Assembly (NCBI GenBank): GCA_964016885.1
Contig: OZ024757.1
Coordinates: 22,134,001-22,198,000, forward strand
Reading direction: 5' to 3'
DNA: 64,000 nt
DNA from: Eledone cirrhosa
Lineage: Eukaryota
The stretch's first letter is position 1. Every line of letters begins with the position of its first letter. This document shows positions 12,613 to 24,676 of the stretch, one piece after another. Both the position numbers and the translations under genes were made by a program. The notes beneath the pieces were generated by a model that was not told where the DNA came from, ran no database searches, and saw nothing but the letters and a program-made list of their open reading frames with translations.

Positions 12613-15320
12613 CACACACATAGCACACATACATATATAAACATATATATAAGCACACACATAGCACACATACATATATAAACATATATATAAACACACA
12701 CATAGTACACATACATATATAAACATATATATAAACACACACACACATAGTATACATACATATATAAACATATATATAAACACACACACATAGCACACAT
12801 ACATATATAAACATATATATAAGCACACACGCACATAGCACACATACATATATAAACATATATATAAACACACACATAGCACACATACATATATAAACAT
12901 ATATATAAGCACACACATAGTACACATACATATATAAACATATATATAAGCACACACACACATAGCACACATACATATATAAACATATATATAAACACAC
13001 ACATAACACACATACATATATAAACATATATATAAACACACACACACACATAGTATACATACATATATAAACATATATATAAGCACACACACATAGCACA
13101 CATACATATATAAACATATATATAAGCACACACATAGCACACATACATATATAAACATATATATAAGCACACACACACACACACATAGCACACATACATA
13201 TATAAACATATATATAAGCACACACATAACACACATACATATATAAACATATATAAGCACACACATAGCACACATACATATATAAACATATAAACACACA
13301 CACACATAGCACACATACATATATAAATATATATATAAACACACACACATAACACACATACATATATAAACATATATATAAACACACACATATAGTACAC
13401 ATACATATATAAACATATATATAAACACACACACATAACACACATACATATATAAACATATATATAAACACACACACATAGTACACATACATATATAAAC
13501 ATATATATAAACACACACACATAACACACATACATATATAAACATATATATAAGCACACACATAGTACACATACATATATAAACATATATATAAGCACAC
13601 ACACATAGCACACATACATATATAAACATATAAACACACACACACACATATAGCACACATACATATATAAACACACACACACATAGCACACATACATATA
13701 TAAACATATATATAAACACACACACATAGCACACATACATATATAAACACACACATAGCACACATAGCACACATACATATATAAACATATATATAAGCAC
13801 ACACAAAGTACACATACATATATAAACATATATATAAGCACACACACATAGCGCACATACATATATAAACATATATATAAACACACACACACATATAGCA
13901 CACATACATATATAAACACACACACACACATAGCACACATACATATATAAACATATATATAAGCACACACATATAGCACACATACATATATAAACACACA
14001 CACACAGCACACATACATATATAAACATATAAACACACACACACACATATAGCACACATACATATATAAACACACACACACATAGCACACATACATATAT
14101 AAACATACATATAAACGCACACACATAGTACACATACATATATAAACATATATATAAGCACACACACATAGCGCACATACATATATAAACATATATATAA
14201 ACACACACACACATATAGCACACATACATATATAAACACACACACACACATAGCACACATACATATATAAACATATATATAAGCACACACATATAGCACA
14301 CATACATATATAAACATATATATAAGCACACACATAGTACACATACATATATAAACATATATATAAGCACACACACAGCACACATACATATATAAACACA
14401 CACACACAGCACACATACATATATAAACACACACATAGCACACATAGCACACATACATATATAAACATATATATAAGCACACACACACATAGCACACATA
14501 CATATATAAACATATATATAAGCACACACATAACACACATACATATATAAACATATATATAAGCACACACACACATAGCACACATACATATATAAACATA
14601 TATAAGCACACACATAGCACACATACATATATAAACACACACATAGCACACATAGCACACATACATATATAAACATATATATAAGCACACACAAAGTACA
14701 CATACATATATAAACATATATATAAGCACACACACATAGTACACATACATATATAAACATATATATAAACACACACACATAGCACACATACATATATAAA
14801 CATAAACACACACACACACATATAGCACACATACATATATAAACACACACACACATAGCACACATACATATATAAACATACATATAAACGCACACACATA
14901 GTACACATACATATATAAACATATATATAAGCACACACACATAGCGCACATACATATATAAACATATATATAAGCACACACACATAGCACACATAGCACA
15001 CATACATATATAAACATATATATAAGCACACACATAGTATACATACATATATAAACATATATATAAGCACACACATAACACACATACATATATAAACATA
15101 TATATAAGCACACACACATAACACACATACATATATAAACATATATATAAACACAGACATATAGTACACATACATATATAAACATATATATAAACACACA
15201 CATAGTATACATACATATATAAACATATATATAAGCACACACACATAGTACACATACATATATAAACATATATATAAACGCACACACACACAAAGTACAC
15301 ATACATATATAAACATATAT
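12613..15320. repeat. CA/TA-derived ~40-46-bp minisatellite
   Basis: Unit approximately ACACATAGCACACATACATATATAAACATATATATAAGCAC; source of the three ~930-aa minus-strand ORFs. Confidence 0.93.
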
Positions 15321-15353
15321 TCACGCAGAGTACACATATGTATGTAAACATAT

Positions 15354-15386
<33 letters not shown>

Positions 15387-15689
15387 AACTACAATAGATA
15401 TGTACTTTATATCAATGGAGCCACCCCTCCCTGCCTCCACTACCAACCAAGCCCTGCCCCACTGACCTACCCTTCACTCCTCCAAACAAATGCAGCCCTT
15501 CCTACCCACCTATCCGACACAACCCTGCTACCCTACCTCCCGACCCCCCTCCGACCCCCACCTCCGACCTGACCCCCACCCCACCCCCTCGACCCCACCC
15601 AGCTATTGTCATGACTGTTTTTGCAACTAAAGCTGGTCACGCTTCAGTAGTGCTCTCCTGTTGCACACTTCTTTGAAGAAACTGTTTAC

Positions 15690-16198
15690 AACAACAGCAA
15701 CAACAACAACAACAACACTAGATAACAACAACAACAACAACACTGTAGATAACAACATCAACAACAACAACACGACCAACACCACCTACACTACTATATA
15801 CATTACTGTAGATAGTAGTGAAAACAACAACAACAACAACACCACAGATAACAACATAATGCAGATAGTAACAATAACAACAACAACACAGATAACAACA
15901 ACAACAACAACACCAACAACATAATGCAGATAGTAACAACAACAACAACACAGATAACAACAACAACAACAATAACAACACCACAGATAACAACAATAAC
16001 AACACCACAGATAACAACAACAACAACAACAGCAACTTAACAGAGATAACAACAACAACAACAACAGCAACTTAACAGAGATAACAACAACAACACCATA
16101 GTTATCAACAACAACAGCAACTTAACAGAGATAACAACAACAACAGCAACTTAACAGAGATAACAACAGCCACACCACAACAATAACAACAATAATAA
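15690..16198. repeat. (CAA)n-derived low-complexity repeat
   Basis: ACAACAACA tracts with recurring CAGATAAC interruptions. Confidence 0.9.
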
Positions 16199-16334
16199 AG
16201 GTGATGATTAAAGGAGTAATTAATGGTGGAGAGAAAGTCAGTAGTAATAGTAGTAGTAGTGGTAGTGGTGGTGGTTATAGTAGTGGTGGGGATGGTGGTG
16301 GTGGTGGTTGTAGTGTTGCTCACATTATTTATAG

Positions 16335-16525
16335 AAAGTGGATTGGCAGTATCGGTAGAGGGTCGGACGCCATGCTTTCCAGCATAGTTACGTCCCTTTA
16401 CGATCTGAGTTCAAATCCTGCCGAGGTTGACTTTGCCTTTCATCCTTACGGGGTCGATAAAATAAAAGTACCAGTAATGCACTGGGTAATTGCTGGCCTT
16501 GTGCCTAAAGTAGAAACAATTATTT
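16335..16525 (+). mobile_element. SINE family A, near full length
   Basis: TGGCAGTATCGG (A-box-like), GAGTTCAAATCC (B box), TTGCCTTTCATCCTTACGGGGTCGATAAAATAAA core. Confidence 0.88.
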
Positions 16526-16538
16526 ATAGAAAGAAAAC

Positions 16539-17105
16539 TTAACCCTTCCATTACCATATCTCTAATAAAAGACACTGCTTATAATTTTCAGATAATTTAG
16601 AAAATAATCATGAATTTGGAGGGATTTAGTTAATATAACTAAAGTTCTCATTAACCACTCAGGTTAGCTTTGCCTTTCATCCTTACAGGGTCAATCAAAT
16701 AAATTATCAGTAATACACTGGGGTCAATTTAATTGACTTTCTTTCAAATTGCTGGCCTTATGCTTAAAGTAGAAACAAATATTAAGCATCTGTTTGGAGA
16801 GTAACTTAACAAAGGTTCTTATATAAATTTATGAAAGAAAAGGTTTTTACATAAATATAAACACTTTAACCCTTTTGTTACCATATTTCTAATGAAAGAC
16901 ACTGCCAATGATTTTCAAACAATTTTGAAAATAATATAGAATTGGGAGGGATTTAGTAACATAAGTGACATTTTCATAATTAGTTTGGCGTTTGAAACAT
17001 AAAGAAAATCATATATAAAATTGAATGTTTTTAGATAAATTAAAATACTTTAACCCCTATGTTACCATATTTCTAATGAAAGACATTGGCTATGATTTTC
17101 AAATA
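16539..17105 (+). mobile_element. Three tandem copies of a piggyBac-like non-autonomous element end
   Basis: TTAACCC...TTACCATAT(T/C)TCTAAT(G/A)AAAGACA at about 16539, 16866 and 17051; TTAA+CCC is the piggyBac terminus signature. A different opposite-orientation end (AAAGGGTTAA) lies at about 63465. Confidence 0.55.
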
Positions 17106-17854
17106 AATCGCGTCTTAGTCGCTTTGGCCACAAACCCCAGTACCGTGGCCTGCCATGCAGAGGAAAGGAAGATAAACAAATAACAGGGATTGTCCAGCCA
17201 CTTCCTCTTTGCACTAGTCGCCATCAAGCCTTAAGGCATACTTGGACCCCGTACAGTCAAACTCCTCCACAAGATTGGACTGTCGGCAACCTATCTGAGG
17301 AAGGAGCCCTGTAGAGTGAAGTGGATGTTGCAGTGGGTGTCGCTGGTCATTGTCCATGGGGCACAGACCCATTACCACCACACACTAGGGCCAGAGTCCA
17401 ATTGCCCTCCCCTCCCCATTCCTCTGCGACACTAGAGTCCTTGCCATTCCCTTCCTTTTCCATTTTCTTTTTATTATATCTTCTTATTTTACATTGCATT
17501 CTTTCTTCTCAATCTAATTTTTTTTCTTTTTCTATTAAATTGTATTTACTTGATATATTTTGAAAATAATAAAAAATTTGGAGGGATTTAGTACCCTAAC
17601 TTTCTCGTTATTATACAGGTATTTAGTGCTGAGGATTAGCAGAATTGTTTACAGTGCTAGAAAAAGCTCTGTAGTATTTGCTACGGCTCTTTACATTCGG
17701 AGTTCATATCTCTCCAATGTCAATAAAGTACCAGTTTAATACTGGTATCAATATAATCGACTTTTCCTTCCTCACAAATTGCTGATCCAGTGCCTAAATT
17801 TGAAATCATTATGTTAAAGGCATTTACTTAAAGTTATAATAAAAATAATAAAAT

Positions 17855-18070
17855 TATTGTGTAAAGTGCTCAGGTGCACTACAACTCGTCAAAGGTGCAT
17901 GTATAGTACATAGAATAATATACAAATGTCAGGGAAGTGAATAGTGTATGAGTCATGATATACATGTGTGCGTGTGTGTGGAGGGGTAACATTAGGTGTA
18001 GTGTTGGCGAATCTCGGGAAGCATGGAGGTTTTAAAGGATGCAGTGTCTAGACAGCTAACAACTGATGGA
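17855..18070 (-). mobile_element. LINE 3' end, CR1-like
   Basis: Minus strand encodes PSVVSCLDTASFKTSMLPEIRQHYT*, resembling the CR1/L2-type C-terminal 'LP..VV...S...FK' pattern, followed by a short UTR. Confidence 0.55.
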
Positions 18071-18595
18071 ATGTTCTTAGATCAATGGTATTACTATGGC
18101 ATGGTATTATAACTCCTGATGGAGACATAGGCATTCTGTATTGACATATGGCATTTCCTGGGCATTTAAAACCTGGTAGAGCCCATCCCTCTCTAGGTTT
18201 CAACACAGCAGGTTTTTTTCCAGACAAAGATAGAGTGAGAAAAAGGAAGTGAGAAAGCGATATAGATGAAGAATCTATATCGTTTTCTCACTTCCTTTTT
18301 GGAAGAGTGGTACTAGAATGGTACTTTATTTTATCAATCTGAAAAGGATAAAAGGCAAAATTGACCTCCAAAGGGATATGAAATGAGAGAGTAGAGAACC
18401 AGAATTAATATCACAAAGCATTCTATCCAGCATTCTAATGACTTTGCCAATTCACTGCCTTATAGATCAATATAAACATTGTAAAATATACAGCTTTGTA
18501 TCATAGAATCATGGGCTGTTTCAGATGGGTTGGTATCAGAAGGGTGAGAGATCAGACAGAATTATCAAAAACCTTAGCCACACCCAAACAAAAAG

Positions 18596-18629
<34 letters not shown>

Positions 18630-18699
18630 ATAGGTGTATGTATATATGTATATTATGTATACATATATGTAAATGCATGTATATATGTATATATATAAA

Positions 18700-18744
<45 letters not shown>

Positions 18745-18752
18745 ATATATGT

Positions 18753-18828
<76 letters not shown>

Positions 18829-19136
18829 CAGAAAGCTGGAATATAGTGTAGTAGACAGACACCTCAAATATACGCCCCACCCCCAACCCTGCTATTCTCA
18901 TAAAATGATAATTCTTTGGTCAGTGAACTAGCCAAGAAACTGTCTTTACTCCTGAAGATAAGACTCTATAATATATGGTTTCTATTGGTTCAATGGTTTT
19001 ATATGTATATATATATACATATATACATATATATATATATTGTAGTTGAATTTCATAATAAATATCCAGGTAGGTAGAGCACACAATCTGGGATATTAGT
19101 TGTGTTAAATATAATATTGTATTACATCAACAACAT

Positions 19137-19654
19137 ATGTCTAGGGCAGGCAAAATTCCTGAGATCCATAGACAAGTTCACTCCAGCGGCCTCTGTCCCT
19201 CATTATCGCTGCTATGTCCTGCATCTGCAAGAGACCAGTGTCTGTCCTTAGGGCATCAACATACATTAACCTTGGTCTTCCTCTTCCATTGTGTCCATGC
19301 AGAGGCTCCCACAGGAGCACTGAGTGCAATGTCAACTCTGGATGTCGGTGAGCATGTCCAGCTAACCTCAGTCTCCTCTGTGTTACTTTTGAGCTGACCT
19401 TTGGGAGGCTCCCGTACAGCTCTGCGTTCTTCATCCTGAGTGTATTCTGATTAATGTTCAGAGCCATCCTCCATCCACCATCTGAGTGAGTTTCTTGGTC
19501 AGTGTCCAAGTCTCAGACCCATACAGTAGCATAGACTCCACTGTAGCAATGAATAGGTGGATCTTCCAGGTCTTTATGAAGGTCTGACTTCCACACCGAT
19601 CTCAAGCTGTGGCACGCCACCCAGGCTTTGTTCTTCCTCTCAACCATATCATCC
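19137..19654 (-). pseudogene. RTE-like LINE C-terminal fragment (non-inverted 3' part)
   Basis: RKNKAW, KIHLFIATVESMLLYGSETWTL, RRLRLAGHAHRH, GRGRPRLMYVD and DRGRW motifs. Confidence 0.9.
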
Positions 19655-19950
19655 CCTGGCTTTACTGTGTGTGGCACTGGCTTAGAGCAGGAGAGTTAAG
19701 GCTAAAAAGATATCAAATGCTGGATTTGCTGATGACATAGTTCTGGTGACAAACACAGTGAAGGAGGCAGAGGAGTTGATGCAGGAGGTGGAGACTGTGT
19801 CGATGAGTGTGGGACTGAGAATGAATGAGAGTAAGACAAAGTATCTGGCAGAGAACATTAAGCAGCCAGAGAAGATTACAAATGTAGGCGGGAAGCCGTT
19901 AGAGTTGGTTGAGGACTTCTTGTATCTAGGTGCAAAGATTGGGAACAATA
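19655..19950 (+). pseudogene. RTE-like LINE RT fragment with FADD motif, inverted relative to the adjoining fragment
   Basis: SRRVKAKKISNAGFADDIVL...VGLRMNESKTKY...LELVEDFLYLGAKI. Confidence 0.9.
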
Positions 19951-19964
19951 TATATATATTCTTA

Positions 19965-20180
19965 GCGATCGACTTTCGTCAAATCGGACCGAGGAAACAA
20001 TGTTTCCATTGGTCTTTCCAGTTGCTAGTACTATCTATCGGTCGCAACTCCAGGTAGAAGGAGCAACGTGAAATAAAATGTCTTGCTCAAGGACATAACG
20101 CATCGATCGGTCCAGGACTCGAACTCACAACCTCAAGATTGTGAATCCAATTCTCTAACCACTCAGCCACACGCCTTCAC
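19965..20180 (-). mobile_element. SINE family C
   Basis: tRNA-like head TGGCTGAGTGG/GAGTTCGAGTCC, TCCTTGAGCAAGACA core, GGAAAGACCAATGGAAACATTG body; copies at 42950-43165 and 49555-49745. Confidence 0.85.
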
Positions 20181-20209
20181 AATATATATATATATATTGT
20201 TCTATACCG

Positions 20210-20271
<62 letters not shown>

Positions 20272-20550
20272 CGGTATGTACACATTTCTTCTAAGTTTGA
20301 ATTTACACCTAATTGTGTATGGTTGATTGTATATTTAGTCAGTTTCTACATGCTGTCGAAATGTTGGATAAATACTCTATTGGGGCCACCGCGAAGAGGC
20401 CACTTTCGGTTATTTATCGGAAATTTCTTCATAAGAGCCTTTATCCTTATAGCTTGGTCTAATTGATTTTTTATATGGTTAATTATGCTGATTGCGAGAG
20501 GAAATGGTATATATTTTATTTATCTGATAATTCTAAAGACATGATTTATG

Positions 20551-20581
<31 letters not shown>

Positions 20582-20584
20582 GAG

Positions 20585-20625
<41 letters not shown>

Positions 20626-20755
20626 GAGAGAGAGAGAGAGAGAAAGACAGACAGATAAAGAAAGAAAGAAAGTGAATCAGGAAAAATAATCACTGGTATA
20701 TTAGTTTAACATTGGATATAGTTGGAAAAATGGTAGTGCTGGGATAAAAATAAAA

Positions 20756-21429
20756 TGCTCCCAGTACACCCTGTATAGCAGTTGGTGTTAGGAAGGTCAT
20801 CTAGCCATAGAAACCATGCTCCCAGTACACCCTGTATAGCAGTTGGTGCTAGGAAGGTCATCCAGCCATAGAAACCATGCTCCCAGTACACCCTGTATAG
20901 CAGTTGGTGCTAGGAAGGTCATCTAGCCATAGAAACCATGCTCCCAGTACACCCTGTATAGCAGTTGGTGCTAGGAAGGTCATCTAGCCGTAGAAACCAT
21001 GCTCCCAGTACACCCTGTATAGCAGTTGGTGTTAGGAAGGTCATCTAGCCATAGAAACCATGCTCCCAGTACACCCTGTATAGCAGTTGGTGCTAGGAAG
21101 GTCATCTAGCCGTAGAAACCATGCTCCCAGTACACCCTGTATAGCAGTTGGTGTTAGGAAGGACATCCAGCCATAGAAACCATGCTCCCTCCCAGTACAC
21201 TCTGTATAGCAGTTGGTGTTAGGAAGGTCATCCAGCCATAGAAATGATGCTCCCAGTACACCCTGTATAGCAGTTGGTGTTAGGAAGGTCATCTAGCCAT
21301 AGAAACCATGCTCCCAGTACACCCTGTATAGCAGTTGGTGCTAGGAAGGTCATCCAGCCATAGAAACCATGCTCCCAGTACACCCTGTATAGCAGTTGGT
21401 GCTAGGAAGGTCATCCAGCCATAGAAACC
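20756..21429. repeat. 61-bp minisatellite, about 11 units, derived from a retroposon segment
   Basis: Unit TGCTCCCAGTACACCCTGTATAGCAGTTGGTG(T/C)TAGGAAGGTCATC(T/C)AGCCATAGAAACCA; followed by a decayed tail ending in (TGA)n near 21550. Confidence 0.95.
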
Positions 21430-21699
21430 CAGTCAAAACCAAATTTATGAGCAGGATTGCTAGTCACCTGTTTGCTTCAATTTCAGAATGTGATAACCCG
21501 TCTAACCCATGCAAGTGAGTAAAATAGAAGTTGGTGATGACAATGATGATGATGTGTGTTATGTTTCCATGCGGGATTGCCTGCACTGGTCTAGCTATCA
21601 ATATATGTGCTATGGAGTGTGTCTATCTATTCAAATGTTTAGAATTTTTCATGGTTGGTTGACTTCTTGAATCTGCTGAAACATGTTGAGTGTATTAAA

Positions 21700-22835
21700 A
21701 TGATACATGTGCATGTGAGTGCAATATAGACATATGCATATACAGTCACATATATACACATACACACACATACACACATACACACATACATATAGACACA
21801 TACACACATATAGACACATACAAATATATAGACACATACACATGCACACATATAGACACAGACACATACACGTACATGTGACTGCAATACAGACATATAC
21901 ATATACACAGTCACATATATACACATACACACACACATATAGACACATACACACATACATATAGACACATACACATACACACATACACGTACATGTGAGT
22001 GCAATACAGTCACATATATACACATACACACACACAAACATACATATAGACGCATACACATACACACATACATATAGACACATACAGATACACACATACA
22101 CGTGCATGTGAGTGCAATATAGACATACATATACACAGTCACATATATACATATACACATACACACATACATATAGACACATATACATTCACACATACAC
22201 ATACGAGTGAGTGCAATACATATACATACAGACATATCGATACACACAGTCATATATATACATATATACACATAGTCACATGCATATATATATATAGACT
22301 CATACACATACACACATACACGCGCATGTGTAGGTGAGCGCAATACATACATATACAGACATACATATACAGACATACATATATATATACACAGCCACAC
22401 ACATACACAGATATACACATACATACACAAACATACACACACACACATACATACATGTGTATGTGTCTGTGTGTCACATAATTCAATACATACACATACA
22501 TACATATATATATATACACACAGTCACATACATACACAGACATACACATACATGTGCCTACACGCACAAGCATACAGGCATATACATACACATACGTGTG
22601 CATGAATGCTCAGACATACAGACATATACAAACACATACGTGTGCATATACACAAGCATACACACACAGACATATACATATACATACACATACATAAACA
22701 TAGGCATGCATACACACGATCACACTGTATGTGTATATATATATATATATAGGCATCACACACATAGACCCGGTCACCACATATGTATGTGTGTGTGTAT
22801 ATGTATATATATATAGATATATATATGTATATATA
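21700..22835. repeat. Degenerate CA/TA microsatellite field
   Basis: Low complexity with recurring CATGTGAGTGCAATA interruptions. Confidence 0.85.
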
Positions 22836-22838
22836 CAT

Positions 22839-23180
22839 GGAGGCACATGGCTTAGTGGTTAGAGCATTGGCCTTGCAATCAAAAGGTTGTGAGTTCAATT
22901 CTCAGACCTGGTGATGTGTTGTGTCCTTGAGCAAGACACTTTATTTCACATTGCTCCAGTTTACTCAGCTGTAGAAATGAGATGATAGGGACTGGGGTCC
23001 ATATCATTCCACTCTAAAGTGGTCGTGGAGGTGCCACGGCAAAAAAGCACCCAGCACTCACTGTAAATGAGGTTGGTGTTAGGAAGGGCATCCAGCTGTA
23101 GAAATCAAGCCAGAATCAGTTCCCGTCCCACCCTTGCAAGCAGGGAAAAAGTGGACGTAAAATGAAATGATGATGATGAT
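22839..23180 (+). mobile_element. SINE family B, full length
   Basis: A box TGGCTTAGTGG, B box GAGTTCAATTC, GTGTCCTTGAGCAAGACACTT core, RTE-like tail and (TGA)n end. Confidence 0.93.
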
Positions 23181-23187
23181 ATATATA

Positions 23188-23430
23188 TACGAGGGTAATC
23201 CCAAAAGTATGGTCTCCAAAGCGATAGATGGGGACACAGAGAAACTGTTCTTACGGCTGTTGGCAACACTGTTGTGATTGGTGCTTCCTTCGCTCCCAAA
23301 CAAGCATGCGCGCGCTTCGCTGAGATGCTCAATCTTGGCTTGGCAGCCATTGAGAATGGAGCTCCCGTTGAACGCTATCGCCAAGTGTGAATTTCACGCA
23401 GTTATTATATACGAGGGCAATCCCAAAAGT
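23188..23430 (+). mobile_element. Mariner 5' fragment (TIR plus transposase start) followed by a second copy of the TIR
   Basis: TACGAGGGTAATCCCAAAAGT at 23188 and TACGAGGGCAATCCCAAAAGT at about 23410; ATG at 23356 gives MELPLNAIAKCEFHAVI, resembling mariner N-termini ('E.R.VI.FL'). Confidence 0.65.
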
Positions 23431-23579
23431 TTCTGACCTATATATATATATATCTATATATATATATAGGTCAGAAAGGGAAACTGAATCTCATAGCCTT
23501 TCCTTTACCAAAGCTCACTTTCTATGAAAATCAATACTCACCTGATTTTACAGTTACTTAGATTATTTGTGTTATAATA

Positions 23580-24475
23580 TTGGTTTCTTATATAGGCACA
23601 AGGCCAGTGATTTTGGGGGAGGGGAAAGTCGATTAAATCGACCCCAGTGTGTGACTGGTACTTTGTTTTATCGACCCCGTGAGGATGAAAGGCAAAGTTA
23701 ACCTCGGCGGGATTTGAACTCAGATCATAAAGGGCCGTAACTCTTTGCTGCAAAGCATGGCGTCCGACCCTCTTACTGATACTGCCAATCCACCGCCCTT
23801 ATTTGTCTTATAATATTAATAATAACCCATGCTAGCATGCAAGATGGACATTAAATGATGATGATGATGATGATGAATGGTTTCTACTATAGGCCAGTAA
23901 CTTTGGAAGAGGGGAAAGTCAATTAAATCGACCCCTTCCGTGATTTACTGGTACTATATTTTATCAACCCCAGGTAACTTAGGCAAGATTTGAACTGAGA
24001 ACATAGGAAGTTGTAACTATATACTGCAAAGCACATTACCCAATACTCTAGCAATACTGCCAACCCAATGCCCTTTCCTTATAATAATAATTGTTTCTAC
24101 ATTTGGCACAAGGCCAGCAATTACCCAGTACATTATTGGTACTTTATTTTATCGACCCCGTAAGGAGATGAAAGGCAAAGTTAACCTCGGCGGGATTTGA
24201 ACTCAGAATGGCAAGGGCCATAACTTGGTGTCCAATCCTCTACCGATACTGCCAATCTACATGGTTGCTGATTAAGGCACATGTCCAACAAATTGGTGGG
24301 GAGTGGGAGTTAATTAAATCAACCATTGCATTACTGGTATTTTTAATTTATCGACTCTGTAAGGATGAAAAGCAAATTTAAACTCGGCAGGATTTAAACT
24401 CACAGCATCAGAATCAGAACAAATACTGCTAAGCATGTTGTCCAACGCTCTACTGACTCTGCCAATCCACTGTCT
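23580..24475 (-). mobile_element. Cluster of four same-orientation SINE-A copies of differing divergence
   Basis: Core motif repeated at about 23660, 23950, 24140 and 24340. Confidence 0.85.
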
Positions 24476-24676
24476 TCAAAAATAATATCTAACATAGTAC
24501 CTGTCAAAATTGATGGGGTGTTTAGTAAATAACATTTGATTTAACATGTATTGCTTTGCAAAATAGGAAAAATGGCTGCCTACGTAAGTAAGGAACCCTG
24601 GGAGGAAGAGTGGCTGTTACAATGGGTGTAGCTGACCATTCTCTGTGGCAATGTCTTTGTCATGTTGTCTGTAGGA

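Noticed and set aside
12568-15388. Three ~930-aa ORFs
   Set aside because: Translation of a CA/TA minisatellite, open in all three minus-strand frames.
22839-22910. tRNA gene (GCA anticodon-like loop)
   Set aside because: It is the tRNA-derived head of a multi-copy SINE; the acceptor stem does not close and the sequence runs into the SINE body.
23535-23545. Perfect minus-strand donor CAG|GTGAGT
   Set aside because: No convincing acceptor or reading frame upstream, and it abuts a SINE.
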